Source: Candidatus Poribacteria bacterium (GTDB lineage Bacteria > Poribacteria > WGA-4E > PCPOR2b). Taken from it: a stretch of 64,000 nt of DNA. Below are positions 10,907-21,438 of the stretch, one piece after another. The DNA is taken from contig OZ220744.1 of NCBI GenBank assembly GCA_965116925.1, positions 5,408,001 to 5,472,000 on the forward strand. Direction: 5' to 3'. The translations under genes and the position numbers were made by a program. The notes under the pieces are model-generated. The model was not told the origin of the DNA, did no database searches, and saw only the letters and a list, made by a program, of their open reading frames with translations. Position 1 is the first letter of the stretch. Each line of letters opens with the position of its first letter.

Positions 10907-10992
10907 GCTTACCTCGCTCCTTCTAGATAGAGAGACGTTGTAAAAATCGTCAGAGAGGTATCGAATAGGTCAATACCTTTTTCCCTATATCA

Positions 10993-11901
10993 TCATGCCG
11001 CTGGGTCAGTCACACGCATCTCAATATCGAACCCCTCTTTCCGAATGCGCTGGTCAAAGTAGAGAAGCGTCGAACCGATTATCCCAACCGGCAGCATCAG
11101 GCTAGTCACGACATAGTTAATGAAACTCTGAATAATGTAGTTGACCAACCCCTCCCAAGTTGTCAGTTCCGGTACGAACAGTCGTTGAAACATTTTTAAC
11201 AACCCCTCCTCACCACCTATCACCTGCGTTAAACCGAACCCAAACAGTAAAGAGAATTGAAGTATGGTCTGAATCATGAAGGCGAGCAGAAAAATCGCGA
11301 ACAGGATACCAAAGACGCGCCACCACGTACCCTTGACTAATTCACTACTGCGTCTCAGTGCGTTTGTTGCTGAAGTCTGTTCAATCAAGACTGCTTGTGC
11401 GTAGAATCCCCACCGCACTGCAAAATAGATGGCGAACGGGATACCGATGATGGTTATTGTCAATAGCCCAACAATTAATATATAGAGTATATTACTTCCA
11501 AGGTAGGACCAAAACCGGCGTGCGATTTGTCTGAATGCGGTTCCAGCGGCGATCTGGTTTCCTAAGTAGGATTGGGCACCGGCGAAGAGGAGTGCACCTA
11601 TGGAAAACAGTGAGATTAAAATGGTAATCCAAGAGGCAATGATAGGTATCCCAATTGCTATACCCCGTAGACCAGAATTGGAGAAGTAAAACGTTGAAAT
11701 ACCCAAGAACAGGTTTAGTCCCAGCATAAAAACAAAATAAACAATACAGATACCAAAAATCAATCGGAAATAGTTTCGATAGAGACTGAATATTGTATCC
11801 AGAATATCTGTAAACCCCATAGGTTGAAGCGATGTCGTTGTGGAAGCTTCATTGTTGCTTGTTTGTAATGCATCATTGGGTTGTAACATTTTTCCCTCCA
11901 T
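10993..11901 (-). CDS. Integral membrane protein typical of MoxR/RDD clusters
   Basis: PMGFTDILD, ALRRSSELVKG, LYFDQRIRKEGFDIE; multiple TM segments. Confidence 0.8.
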   Translation of the reverse strand: MEGKMLQPNDALQTSNNEASTTTSLQPMGFTDILDTIFSLYRNYFRLIFGICIVYFVFMLGLNLFLGISTFYFSNSGLRGIAIGIPIIASWITILISLFSIGALLFAGAQSYLGNQIAAGTAFRQIARRFWSYLGSNILYILIVGLLTITIIGIPFAIYFAVRWGFYAQAVLIEQTSATNALRRSSELVKGTWWRVFGILFAIFLLAFMIQTILQFSLLFGFGLTQVIGGEEGLLKMFQRLFVPELTTWEGLVNYIIQSFINYVVTSLMLPVGIIGSTLLYFDQRIRKEGFDIEMRVTDPAA

Positions 11902-11978
11902 GTGGTATAGACGTGATTGTTAGACGGTAATTTTATCGTATGTTGCGCTGTGGGTCAATTCAAGAATTCCTTATGCTG

Positions 11979-12559
11979 CTACGTCGCTTCTTTTGCCGCT
12001 ATCATCTCAATATCGAACCCCTCTTTCCGAATACGCTGGTCAAAGTGGAGAAGTGTAGTACCAATAAAACTGCTTGTGCGTGAAAACTCCACCGCGTCCT
12101 AAAATAGATACCACATGGCAGACTGATAATGAAACCGAATATTATTGTATAGTACGATGAAGGTATAGTTGCAAGTGCGGCGTAGAGTGCGCCAATTAGG
12201 ACCAATATCCAGATTAGACTGCTTCCGAGGTAGGGCCAAAATCGGTGTGCGAGTTGCCTGAATGCAGCACTAGGGGTGGTATGCCTTCCCAAATAGGTCT
12301 GCATACTGGCACACACGAGCCAACCGGAAAATAAAGCGTCTACAACCAGAGCACACCAACCTATCAACCAATGTGTGGAAGACGAAAAAACAGTGCGGTA
12401 AAACAGATACCAAAAAGCATAAACAGCAGAAATACCTACAAACAGTCGAAAATGATCTCGATAGAAACTGAATGTCGTATCCAGAATGTCTGTGAAACCC
12501 ATCGGCTGAAACGATATCGGTGTGGTGGTTTCGCTGTTGCTTGTGTGGGGATTTAACAT
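11979..12559 (-). pseudogene. Internally deleted, frameshifted paralog of 10993..11901
   Basis: N-terminal half homologous up to AQAVL; the C-terminal motif IGTTLLHFDQRIRKEGFDIEM follows directly in another frame (stop at 11979-11981); about 100 codons missing. Confidence 0.85.
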
Positions 12560-12933
12560 TTTTCCGTGCCTCCCTTTTCGTGCCCAAGAGACAGTATATC
12601 ACATCGCTCAACGACTATCAAGCATCGCTCCTACACCGTTCGGATCATTTATAGTGAATCTTATAATGAGACACTCCAAACCGGTGCGGTTAGGAAATCG
12701 TACCTACCGGAGGGTTTTAGGGCTTCGAGTAAGTACCTATTTCACTAAGATCGATTTTCGGTTTGACAACAATTTAAATCTATGGAAAAATAGACAAAAT
12801 CTAGATTTTTCACACAGAAACGTCAGATCGCAGCTTGATTCTGATTTCATCGACCAACGATAAAACCGATTGGGGTAGATTTTCTGGAGGCTGCCCCGTT
12901 TCAACTTTTCATTTGAGAGTAAGGAGGTTCAAA

Positions 12934-14100
12934 GTGAATATTAGAAGATTCACTAAATTTGTGTTTGTACTAGTGCTCGTCACACTGATTGCGGGGCTTT
13001 CTGCCTGTGACCAGATTGGGCAACTTCTCGTCCCTGCCCCGCCTGAGGCAGACATAAGTGCAGAGATTCCCATCGGTGTCGTCGTCGCTTTGACTGGGCG
13101 ATTCGCTGATGAACTTGGCATACCGATGCTAAATGGCTTTGAACTCGCTCGCTATGAGATTAACAACTCAGGGATGCTCGGCGGTGCAACCATCACCTTC
13201 ATCACCGAGGATGACCAGAGTGAGAGTTCCGTTGAAGCATTTAATAAATTGATTCATCAAGATGGTGTGTCTGCTATCACGGGGCTGGCTATCTCATCTC
13301 AGGCAATACATTCATTTCCGATAGCACAAGAGAATGGAGTTGTATGTTTTAGCTCGGTCTCTTCCGCCTCCGGTCTAAGCGCGATTGGCGATTTTATCTT
13401 TCGCGCGGGGCTCACCATAGATATCCTGAATCCGAGCGGGGTCCGAATAACTCAAGAGAAACTTGGCTATACGAAAGCAGCGACCATATATGATGAAAGC
13501 GACCTCTACTCAACAACTAGTAACCAGAGGTTTCAAGAAGCCCTCGCTGCGAACGGTGTCGAGATTTTGACCACAGAGACCTTCCAAAGCGGCGATACCG
13601 ATTTTTCTGATCAATTAACTCGGATAATGGAGTTGAATCCTGAAGCCATCTTTATCTCAACGTTATCAACAGAGATGCCTCTGATCTTAACGCAAGGTCG
13701 TGAACTCGGCATACCTGACTCGGTTCCCTTTATTCTGCCCGAAATAGCAAGAGAACAGGTGCAAGCTGCGGGTGCTGCCGCGGAGGGTGTGATTACTTTT
13801 ACAGGTTGGTCTAGCCTCGCCGTTGTTCCGGGGAATCAAGCGTTTATCCAAAATTATACCGAGAAATATGGAATGGAGCCGAACGCTTGGGCGGCGCAGT
13901 CGTATGCCACACTCCATATTCTCGCTGCGGCGATTGCGGAAGCACAATCCACCGACTCAGCCGCAATTCGGGACGCTTTGGTGAATACCATGGATATGGA
14001 CACTATTTTAGGGGAATTCTCTTTTGATGCTGTCGGAGACGCAGTTTACGACCCACAGATATTGATTGTCAAAGATGGCGAATTTGCAGTCTTTGAATGA
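12934..14100 (+). CDS. LivJ-type ABC substrate-binding lipoprotein, copy 1
   Basis: Lipobox LSAC; IGVVVALTG, GDTDFSDQLTRI, AQSY; GTG after AAGGAGG. Confidence 0.9.
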   Translation: MNIRRFTKFVFVLVLVTLIAGLSACDQIGQLLVPAPPEADISAEIPIGVVVALTGRFADELGIPMLNGFELARYEINNSGMLGGATITFITEDDQSESSVEAFNKLIHQDGVSAITGLAISSQAIHSFPIAQENGVVCFSSVSSASGLSAIGDFIFRAGLTIDILNPSGVRITQEKLGYTKAATIYDESDLYSTTSNQRFQEALAANGVEILTTETFQSGDTDFSDQLTRIMELNPEAIFISTLSTEMPLILTQGRELGIPDSVPFILPEIAREQVQAAGAAAEGVITFTGWSSLAVVPGNQAFIQNYTEKYGMEPNAWAAQSYATLHILAAAIAEAQSTDSAAIRDALVNTMDMDTILGEFSFDAVGDAVYDPQILIVKDGEFAVFE

Positions 14101-14309
14101 TTTTCAACGAAGGATCGGTATAATTCAACAGAATTGGAATTCTGTATCTTGTAGGAAATAACAATCGTTGTTCTCTGAAACTTAAGTTTTAAGTTTAGGC
14201 GAATTTTTCGATTGCCTTCCGAATATCAATACTCAACGAATCAGGTAGTGGACAGTTCCTCCCGATTGTCCCTCGCCTGATTTTTTTATTTGAAAATAAG
14301 GGATTTAAG

Positions 14310-15470
14310 ATGAAAACTGAACGAATTACAATATTTACGTTTGCACTGGCGATTGTCTTCTTGATCGTAGGGCTTTCTGCATGTGACCAGATTGGGCAAC
14401 TGCTCGTTCCTGCTCCCCCTGAGATCGAAGATATTCGCATCGGTGTCGTTTTACCTGTCACAGGACGACTCGCCTCTGCATTTGGCGTACCAATAGGTAC
14501 CGGCTTTGAACTTGCTCTCGAAGAGATTAACAGCTCACAACTCGGCGGGAGAAGCATCAAGTTTATCATAGAGGACGATCAGAGCACCGTTGAAGGTGCC
14601 GTTGATGCCTACAAGAAATTGATTCAGCAGGATGGTGTACCTGTTATCCTGGGGCCCGCTACCTCCACTCAGACCCAAGAGGCGTTTCCAATCGCTCAAG
14701 AAAATGGGGTCGTGGGCTTTAGCCCTACATCCGCTGCGCGTGGTCTCAGTGCGATTGGTGATTTTGTCTTTCGTGCAGCGCTCACCACAGATGTGCTGAT
14801 TCCGAGTGGTATTGAGACGACCTCCGCAAAACTCGATTATAAAACAGCGGCGACAATGTATGATGAAAGCGATGTCTTCTCTACAGATAGCGAGGAAGCG
14901 GTGAGGGAAGCGTTCGCTGCGAACGGTGTCAAGGTGTTGATCACGGAAACTTTCCAAAGTGGTGATACTGACTTTACCGCACAACTAACTCGGATTAGGG
15001 ACGCAAATCCTGACATTATCTTTATCTCCTCTCTATCGCCAGAAAAGCCCGGACTTCTGAAACAAGGGCGCCAACTCGGTATACCCAACTCGGTTCCGCT
15101 TGTTATGCGCACGTTGACCATAGCCGATGTGCAAGCTGCGGGTGAGGCTGCCGAGGGTGCGATTACTTTCGTTGGTTGGGCAAGCGCCGCTGACACGCCG
15201 GGCAATTCAGCCTTCGTCCAGAATTATAGCGCGAAATACGGAGAGGAGCCGAGCAATTACGCTGCACGGGCGTATGCTGGTCTCCACATTCTGGCTGAAG
15301 CGATTGCCAACGCCCAATCCACCGACTCAATCGCAATTCGAGACGCTATGGCAAATATCACAGATTTCGACACCGTTTTCGGGAAATTCTCTTTTAACGA
15401 GGTCGGAGATGCGGTGTACGATCCGAAGGTATTGATTGTGGTGAATGGTCAATTGGAACTCTTCGAGTAA
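14310..15470 (+). CDS. LivJ-type substrate-binding lipoprotein, copy 2
   Basis: LSAC lipobox, GPATS, GDTDFTAQL. Confidence 0.9.
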   Translation: MKTERITIFTFALAIVFLIVGLSACDQIGQLLVPAPPEIEDIRIGVVLPVTGRLASAFGVPIGTGFELALEEINSSQLGGRSIKFIIEDDQSTVEGAVDAYKKLIQQDGVPVILGPATSTQTQEAFPIAQENGVVGFSPTSAARGLSAIGDFVFRAALTTDVLIPSGIETTSAKLDYKTAATMYDESDVFSTDSEEAVREAFAANGVKVLITETFQSGDTDFTAQLTRIRDANPDIIFISSLSPEKPGLLKQGRQLGIPNSVPLVMRTLTIADVQAAGEAAEGAITFVGWASAADTPGNSAFVQNYSAKYGEEPSNYAARAYAGLHILAEAIANAQSTDSIAIRDAMANITDFDTVFGKFSFNEVGDAVYDPKVLIVVNGQLELFE

Positions 15471-15533
15471 CCCTAAACAACAGCAGGGTAAAAAGATAGA
15501 GTATAACTCAGGTTATAGAAAATAAGGAGGTTC

Positions 15534-16715
15534 ATGTTGAATATAAGTAGAGTAATCAAATTTGCGTTTGTCTTGACGATTATCGCACTGATTGTAGGGA
15601 TTTCCGCCTGTGATCAGATTGGGCAACTTCTCGTCCCCGCTCCATCTGATAGGGAAGATGTGAGTGTAGAGATTCCCATCGGTCTTGTCTACCCCGCTAC
15701 CGGACGGCTCGCCGATTTTGCCTTACCGATACGACATGGCTTTGAGCTAGCGCTTGAAGAGGTAAACAGTTCACAACTCAGCGATGTCAGATTCAAGTTC
15801 ATCGACGTGGACGATCAGAGCACCATTGAGGGTGCAGTCGAGGCGTATAATACACTGATTCAAGCAGGCGTGCCTGTTATCTTTGGTCCCACAACCTCAG
15901 GTCAAGCCGAAGCGGCGTTTCCAATCGCGCAACAGAACGAGGTTGTGGCTTTTAGCTCCTCTTCAAATGCTACCGGTCTAAGTGCGCTTGGCGATTTTAT
16001 CTTCCGCGCTGGGCTTACTACAGATATCCTACTCCCCGGTGGTGTTAGGGCAACACATGCAAAACTGGGCTATCAACAAGTAGCAATCATATATGATGAA
16101 ACCGATTCCTACTCCATAGATAGCTATGAAAAGTTCAGGGACACGCTTACTGAAATAGGCGTCGAGATTCTGGTCACAGAAACCTTCCAAAGCACAGGAA
16201 TCCCTCAAAACGACAATATCGATTTTTCTGACCAACTGACTCGAATAAAGGAGGCAAATCCTGACGCCATCTTTATCGCGGCACAACTCCCGGAGCAGAC
16301 TGAGATTCTGATTCAAGGTCGTCAGATTGGAATTTCCACCGAGATTCCGTTTATCACTAGCCTGATAAACGACGTGGAAAACGCAGGGGCTGCCGCCGAG
16401 GGGGCAATCTCTTTTGCAGGCTGGATTAGCACGGCTGACACACCGGGAAATCAAGCCTTTGTCCAGAAGTACCGAGCAGCGTATGCGAGTGAGCCGAACG
16501 CTTGGACGGCGCAGTCGTATGCAGCTGTCTATATTGTCGTCGCAGCGATCGCGGAAGCACAATCCACTGATCCAACTGCAATTCGAGACGCACTAGCAGA
16601 TACCAAAAATTTCGATACCGTTTTGGGGGCGTTTTCTTTTAACGCGGTCGGCGATGCCGTTTACGAGCCAATTGTACAGATTGTCGAAAACGGCGAATTT
16701 CAAATTTTCGACTAA
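15534..16715 (+). CDS. LivJ-type substrate-binding lipoprotein, copy 3
   Basis: ISAC lipobox; paralogous motifs; 6-aa insertion near TGIPQNDN. Confidence 0.9.
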   Translation: MLNISRVIKFAFVLTIIALIVGISACDQIGQLLVPAPSDREDVSVEIPIGLVYPATGRLADFALPIRHGFELALEEVNSSQLSDVRFKFIDVDDQSTIEGAVEAYNTLIQAGVPVIFGPTTSGQAEAAFPIAQQNEVVAFSSSSNATGLSALGDFIFRAGLTTDILLPGGVRATHAKLGYQQVAIIYDETDSYSIDSYEKFRDTLTEIGVEILVTETFQSTGIPQNDNIDFSDQLTRIKEANPDAIFIAAQLPEQTEILIQGRQIGISTEIPFITSLINDVENAGAAAEGAISFAGWISTADTPGNQAFVQKYRAAYASEPNAWTAQSYAAVYIVVAAIAEAQSTDPTAIRDALADTKNFDTVLGAFSFNAVGDAVYEPIVQIVENGEFQIFD

Positions 16716-16738
16716 GCCTCCAAACGCCAGCAGGATTC

Positions 16739-16766
16739 GTAGGGGCACTCCCTTGTGGGTGCCCCT
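16739..16766 (+). repeat. GTAG-type REP-like hairpin
   Basis: GTAGGGGCAC-TCCCTTGTGG-GTGCCCCT; related copies at 18002, 20172 and 21439. Confidence 0.75.
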
Positions 16767-16799
16767 TTAGGATCACACTTAAAAAGAAAGAGGTCAAAT

Positions 16800-17978
16800 G
16801 TGAATATCAGCAGGTTCACCCAATTTACATTTGTCTTGGCGGTTGCAGTGCTGATTGCAGGACTTTCCGCTTGCGATCAGATTGGGCAACTTCTCAGCCC
16901 TACAACACCTCAGATAAAAGGACTTAAGGGAGAAATTCGTATTGGCCTTTCCTTGCCGCTGACAGGGCGATTTGCCACTACATACGGCTACATACCAATG
17001 CAACAGGGCTTTGAACTAGCTCTCGAAGAGATTAACCATTCAGGAATGCTCGGCGATGCAAAAATTACCTTTATTACTGAGGACGATCGAGGCACCGTTG
17101 AAGGTGCCGTTGAAGCTTTCAATAAATTGATTCATCAAGGGGGCGTACTTGCTATCTTAGGTCCTGGTCTTTCCAGTCAAGCCCAAGAGGTTTTTCCAAT
17201 CGCACAACAGAACGGAGTTGTGGTCTTTAGTCCGACTTCCGGTGCCTCAGGCCTGAGTGCACTCGGCGATTTTGTCTTCCGTGCTGCGCTCACCACAGAT
17301 GTGCTGATTCCAAGTGGTATCAAGGCAACGCAGGCGAAACTCGGCTACCAGCAGGTGGCAACCATATACGATGAAAGCGACCTTTACTCCATTGATAGCG
17401 ACACAGTGTCGAGGGCAGCCTTTACCGATAGCGGTGTCGAGATTCTGACCACAGAGACCTTCCAAAGCGGTGATACAGACTTCTCCGTCCAATTAACTCG
17501 CATTAAGGAGTCAAATCCTGATGCCATTTTTATCTCCGCGTTATCACCAGATATAGCTGCGATCTTGATCCAAGGTCGCCACCTCAGTATACCCGATTCG
17601 GTTCCGTTTATTATCCCCGATTTGCCTAGCAACGAGATACAAGCTGCGGGTGATGCCGCCGACGGTGTGATTACTTTTACCGGTTGGGCAAGCACTGCTG
17701 ACACACCGGGCAATCACGCCTTCGTCCAGAAGTACCGTGCGAGGTACGGTATCGAACCAAACATTTTTGTTGCACAGTCGTACGCCGCTGTCTATATCCT
17801 CGCCGCAGCGATCGCAGAAGCACAATCCACCGATCCAATTGCGATTCGAGATGCTATGGCAAATACCAAAAATTTCGATACCGTTTTAGGGCGATTCTCG
17901 TTTAACGCTGTCGGGGATGCCGTTTACGACCCGGTTATACTAATTGTCAAAAATGGCGAATTTCAGATTTTCAAATAA
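16800..17978 (+). CDS. LivJ-type substrate-binding lipoprotein, copy 4
   Basis: LSAC lipobox; GTG start placed by alignment to paralogs. Confidence 0.9.
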   Translation: MNISRFTQFTFVLAVAVLIAGLSACDQIGQLLSPTTPQIKGLKGEIRIGLSLPLTGRFATTYGYIPMQQGFELALEEINHSGMLGDAKITFITEDDRGTVEGAVEAFNKLIHQGGVLAILGPGLSSQAQEVFPIAQQNGVVVFSPTSGASGLSALGDFVFRAALTTDVLIPSGIKATQAKLGYQQVATIYDESDLYSIDSDTVSRAAFTDSGVEILTTETFQSGDTDFSVQLTRIKESNPDAIFISALSPDIAAILIQGRHLSIPDSVPFIIPDLPSNEIQAAGDAADGVITFTGWASTADTPGNHAFVQKYRARYGIEPNIFVAQSYAAVYILAAAIAEAQSTDPIAIRDAMANTKNFDTVLGRFSFNAVGDAVYDPVILIVKNGEFQIFK

Positions 17979-18001
17979 CTCTGCGAATGCCGGCACCATT
18001 C

Positions 18002-18026
18002 GTAGGGGCACCCCTTGTGGGTGCCC
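18002..18026 (+). repeat. GTAG-type REP-like hairpin
   Basis: GTAGGGGCACCCCTTGTGGGTGCCC. Confidence 0.75.
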
Positions 18027-19201
18027 GCTTATTAGTATAGCACCGTATTTTTTAAAAGGAGATTCAGTTGAATACCAAAATATTTACCATATTTGTGTAT
18101 CTATTGGCGATTGTCGCGCTAATCCTAGGACTTTCCGCCTGTGATCAGATTGAGCAACTTCTTATCCCTACAACACCTCAGATGGAAGGTCTTAGCGGAG
18201 AAATTTCTATTGGTCTTGTTTACCCCATTACCGGGCGACTCGGCTCGGTTGGGATGGAGATGGAAAATGGCTTTGAACTAGCACTTGAAGATATCAATAA
18301 CTCACAACTCGGCAATACACAACTTAAGTTTATCACCGAGGACAGTCAGGGTAGCCCTGAAGGTGCTATCGCAGCCTTCAATAAACTTATCCATCAAGAC
18401 GGTGTGTCTGTAATCCTTGGACCTGCTACTTCAGGTGCAACCGAAGCGGCGTTCCCAATCGCACAACAGAACGGGGTGGTGGCGATAAGTGCTACCGCTG
18501 CTGCTCGCGATCTGAGCGCGATTGGGGACTTTGTTTTTCGCACTATTCTTACCACAGATGTGTTGATTACAAGCGGCATCAATGCTACGCAAGCGACACT
18601 CGGTTACCAGAAGGCGGCAATCATATATGATGAAACTGACCTCTTTTCAGCGGATGGTACTGAGGTAATGCGGGAAGCTCTCACTGCGAACGGTGTTGAG
18701 ATCTTGACCACGGAAACCTTCCAAAGCGGTGATACTGACTTTTCCGCACAGCTAACTCACATCAAGGACTTGAATCCCGACGTTATCTTTGTTTCCGCGT
18801 TGCCGCCAGATAAACCTGAGATTCTGATTCAAGCTCGCCAACTCGGTATACCTAGTTCAGTGCCCTTCATTATTAACACACTGACTACAACCGATGTACA
18901 AGCCGCGGGCGCTGCCGCTGAGGGTACAATCGCTTTTACCAGCTGGGTCAACACCGCTGACACACCGGGAAACCAAGCCTTTATTCAGAATTATCGCGCG
19001 AAGTATGGTATAGAACCAAACATCTGGGCGGCGCAGTCGTATGCTTCGGTTTATATTCTTGTCAAAGCAGTTGCTGATGCTCAGTCCACTGATGCGACCC
19101 CAATTCGAGACGCGCTAGCGAACATCACAGATTTGGACACTATTTTGGGACAATTCTCTTTTGACGCTGTTGGAGATGCAGTTTACGCCCCGGTTGTACT
19201 A

Positions 19202-20107
19202 TGGTAGATAATATAAATAAGTGAACATTATTTAGAAATGTGTTACGATATAAGTATTATGAGATATTCACCCGATTTACGCAAACGCGTCCTTGATTTC
19301 ATACAAGCCGGCGGCAGCAAAACAGAAGCCGCTAAACGGTTTAACGTCGGACGGACCACTATCTATAAGTGGCTAAACGCCCCGGATCCATTCGCTTATC
19401 AACGCCCCGGTCCCCGAGGGCCCCGGTCTATTGATTATGATGCGCTGAAACAACATGTTGCTGATTTTCCAGACCAGACCCTCAAAGAACGCGCCGTTCA
19501 TTTTGGAGTGTCGACCTTCTGTATAGGGTATAGCCTCAAACGGCTAGGGTACACGCGAAAAAAAAAGACCCTCGGTTATAAGGAGCGGTGCGATGAAAAA
19601 CGACACGCCTATCGTCAACAACTCGAACAAGTCAAAATCGTTGGTAAATCCGTAGTTTATGCCGATGAGAGTGGCTTTCGAGACGACGGTTATAGACGGT
19701 ATGGCTATGCGCCTTTAGGCACACCCGTGTTTGACCTTATATCCAGTCAACGCACTCGGACCACCACACTTATTGCCGCACGTTTTGAAGATACCTTCAC
19801 TGCGGCACGGTTATTTGAAGGCAGTTGCAAAGCCAACGATTTCAATGATTGGTTAGCCGGGCAGTTATGTCCACGCTTGACTTCAAAACACGTCGTAATC
19901 CTTGATAATGCACGACTTCACAAAACGCCAAAGACCCGACAGTTAATAGAGGCTTCAGGGGCGAGTCTGATGTTTTTACCCCCTTATTCCCCGGATTACA
20001 ATCCGATTGAACACGATTTTGCTAATATAAAGCGAATCCAACAATATCAAACAGAAATGTCTATTGAGGATATTATTCAAATGTATCAGTAATTCTATCA
20101 TCTACCA
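19202..20107 (+). mobile_element. IS630-family insertion sequence (906 bp) with TA target duplication
   Basis: Inverted repeats TGGTAGATAATATAAAT / AATTCTATCATCTACCA; TA at 19200-19201 and 20108-20109; removing it restores the host reading frame. Confidence 0.95.
19259..20092 (+). CDS. IS630 family DDE transposase
   Basis: YSPDLRKRV HTH; YADESGF, ILDNARLH, LPPYSPDYNPIE. Confidence 0.95.
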   Translation: MRYSPDLRKRVLDFIQAGGSKTEAAKRFNVGRTTIYKWLNAPDPFAYQRPGPRGPRSIDYDALKQHVADFPDQTLKERAVHFGVSTFCIGYSLKRLGYTRKKKTLGYKERCDEKRHAYRQQLEQVKIVGKSVVYADESGFRDDGYRRYGYAPLGTPVFDLISSQRTRTTTLIAARFEDTFTAARLFEGSCKANDFNDWLAGQLCPRLTSKHVVILDNARLHKTPKTRQLIEASGASLMFLPPYSPDYNPIEHDFANIKRIQQYQTEMSIEDIIQMYQ

Positions 20108-20171
20108 TAATTGTCAAAAACGGTGAATTTCAAATCTTTGAGTAAGCCTCCACATGCCAGAAAGATTCATA

Positions 20172-20197
20172 GTAGGGGCACCCCTTGCAAGTGCCCT
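20172..20197 (+). repeat. GTAG-type REP-like hairpin
   Basis: GTAGGGGCACCCCTTGCAAGTGCCCT. Confidence 0.7.
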
Positions 20198-20242
20198 TTC
20201 AGGGTAATAGTACGTTTTGTAGTTAAAAAAAGGAGATTCAAT

Positions 20243-21415
20243 ATGAAAATTCAAAAGTTCACCACATTTGCGTTTGTCTTGGCACTTACCTCGCTGATTG
20301 CGGGCCTCTCCGCATGTGACCAAATCCAGCAGCTTCTTCTCCCTGCAACACCTCAGATGGAAGGACTCAGTGGCGAGATTGCCATTGGTGCTGTCCATCC
20401 CATCACGGGACGGCTTGGTCTAGAGAACCCACCGCTGGGACAAGGTTTTGAACTCGCTGTCACAGAGATAAACAATTCACAACTCAGCGACGTAAAAATC
20501 AAACTCATCGTCGAGGATGGTCAGAGCACCGTTGAGGGTGCCGTTGAAGCATTCAATAAATTGATTCATCAGGAGGGTGTGTCCGCTATCCTCGGGCCCG
20601 CCACCTCAATGCAGGCACAAGCAGTGTTTCCAATCGCACAACAGAACCGAGTTGTAGCGATAAGTCCCACTTCTGCCGCCCGCGGTCTCAGCGCGGTTGG
20701 TGATTTTATCTTTCGCATCGCCCCCACCACGGATGTATTGATTCCAAGCGGCATCCGGATAACTCAAGAAAAACTCGGCTATCAGAAAGTAGCAACCATA
20801 TATGATGAAGCCGATCTTTTCTCCACCGATAGCGAATCAGTTGTGAAAGAAGCCCTCGCCGCAAACGGCATTGAGATCCTGACTACGGAGACCTTCCAAA
20901 CCGGCGAGACTGACTTTTCGGCACAATTGACTCGCATCAAGGAGTCAAATCCTGACGCCATCTTTATCTCAGCACCGGTAATAGAAACCCCAGAGATCCT
21001 GGTTCAAGGACGTCAACTTGGGATTCCTACCGATATTCCCTTCCTTATTACCTTTACCCTCGCCTCAAGTCAAATTGAACCCGCAGGTGATGCCGCTGAA
21101 GGAGCGATCACCTTTACTAGCTGGATTAGCACCGCTGACACGCCGGGAAATCAAGCCTTCGTCCAGAATTACCAATCAGCATACGGCATCGAACCGGACG
21201 TCTGGGCAGCACAGTCGTATGCCACTGTTTATATTCTCGCCAAAGCGATTGCCGATGCCCAATCCGCCGATCCAAGTGCAATCCGAGATGCACTCGCCAA
21301 CATCACAGATTTTGACACCATTCTGGGTAAGTTCTCTTTTAACGATGTTGGTGATGCCGTTTATGACCCGATTGTACTGATTGTCAAAGATGGTGAATTC
21401 CAAGTCTTTGAGTAA
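20243..21415 (+). CDS. LivJ-type substrate-binding lipoprotein, copy 6
   Basis: LSAC lipobox; ATG after AAGGAGA. Confidence 0.9.
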   Translation: MKIQKFTTFAFVLALTSLIAGLSACDQIQQLLLPATPQMEGLSGEIAIGAVHPITGRLGLENPPLGQGFELAVTEINNSQLSDVKIKLIVEDGQSTVEGAVEAFNKLIHQEGVSAILGPATSMQAQAVFPIAQQNRVVAISPTSAARGLSAVGDFIFRIAPTTDVLIPSGIRITQEKLGYQKVATIYDEADLFSTDSESVVKEALAANGIEILTTETFQTGETDFSAQLTRIKESNPDAIFISAPVIETPEILVQGRQLGIPTDIPFLITFTLASSQIEPAGDAAEGAITFTSWISTADTPGNQAFVQNYQSAYGIEPDVWAAQSYATVYILAKAIADAQSADPSAIRDALANITDFDTILGKFSFNDVGDAVYDPIVLIVKDGEFQVFE

Positions 21416-21438
21416 AGTTCCAAATCCCAGCACGATTC

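Larger units (their letters stand above)
18068..20145 (+). pseudogene. LivJ-type lipoprotein copy 5, interrupted by IS630 near its 3' end
   Basis: ORF ends AVYAPVVL-W* inside the IS; the missing IVKNGEFQIFE* is encoded at 20110-20145. Confidence 0.9.

Noticed and set aside
12810..12930. Known riboswitch upstream of the array
   Set aside because: No recognisable aptamer consensus (SAM, TPP, glycine, c-di-GMP, T-box) by eye
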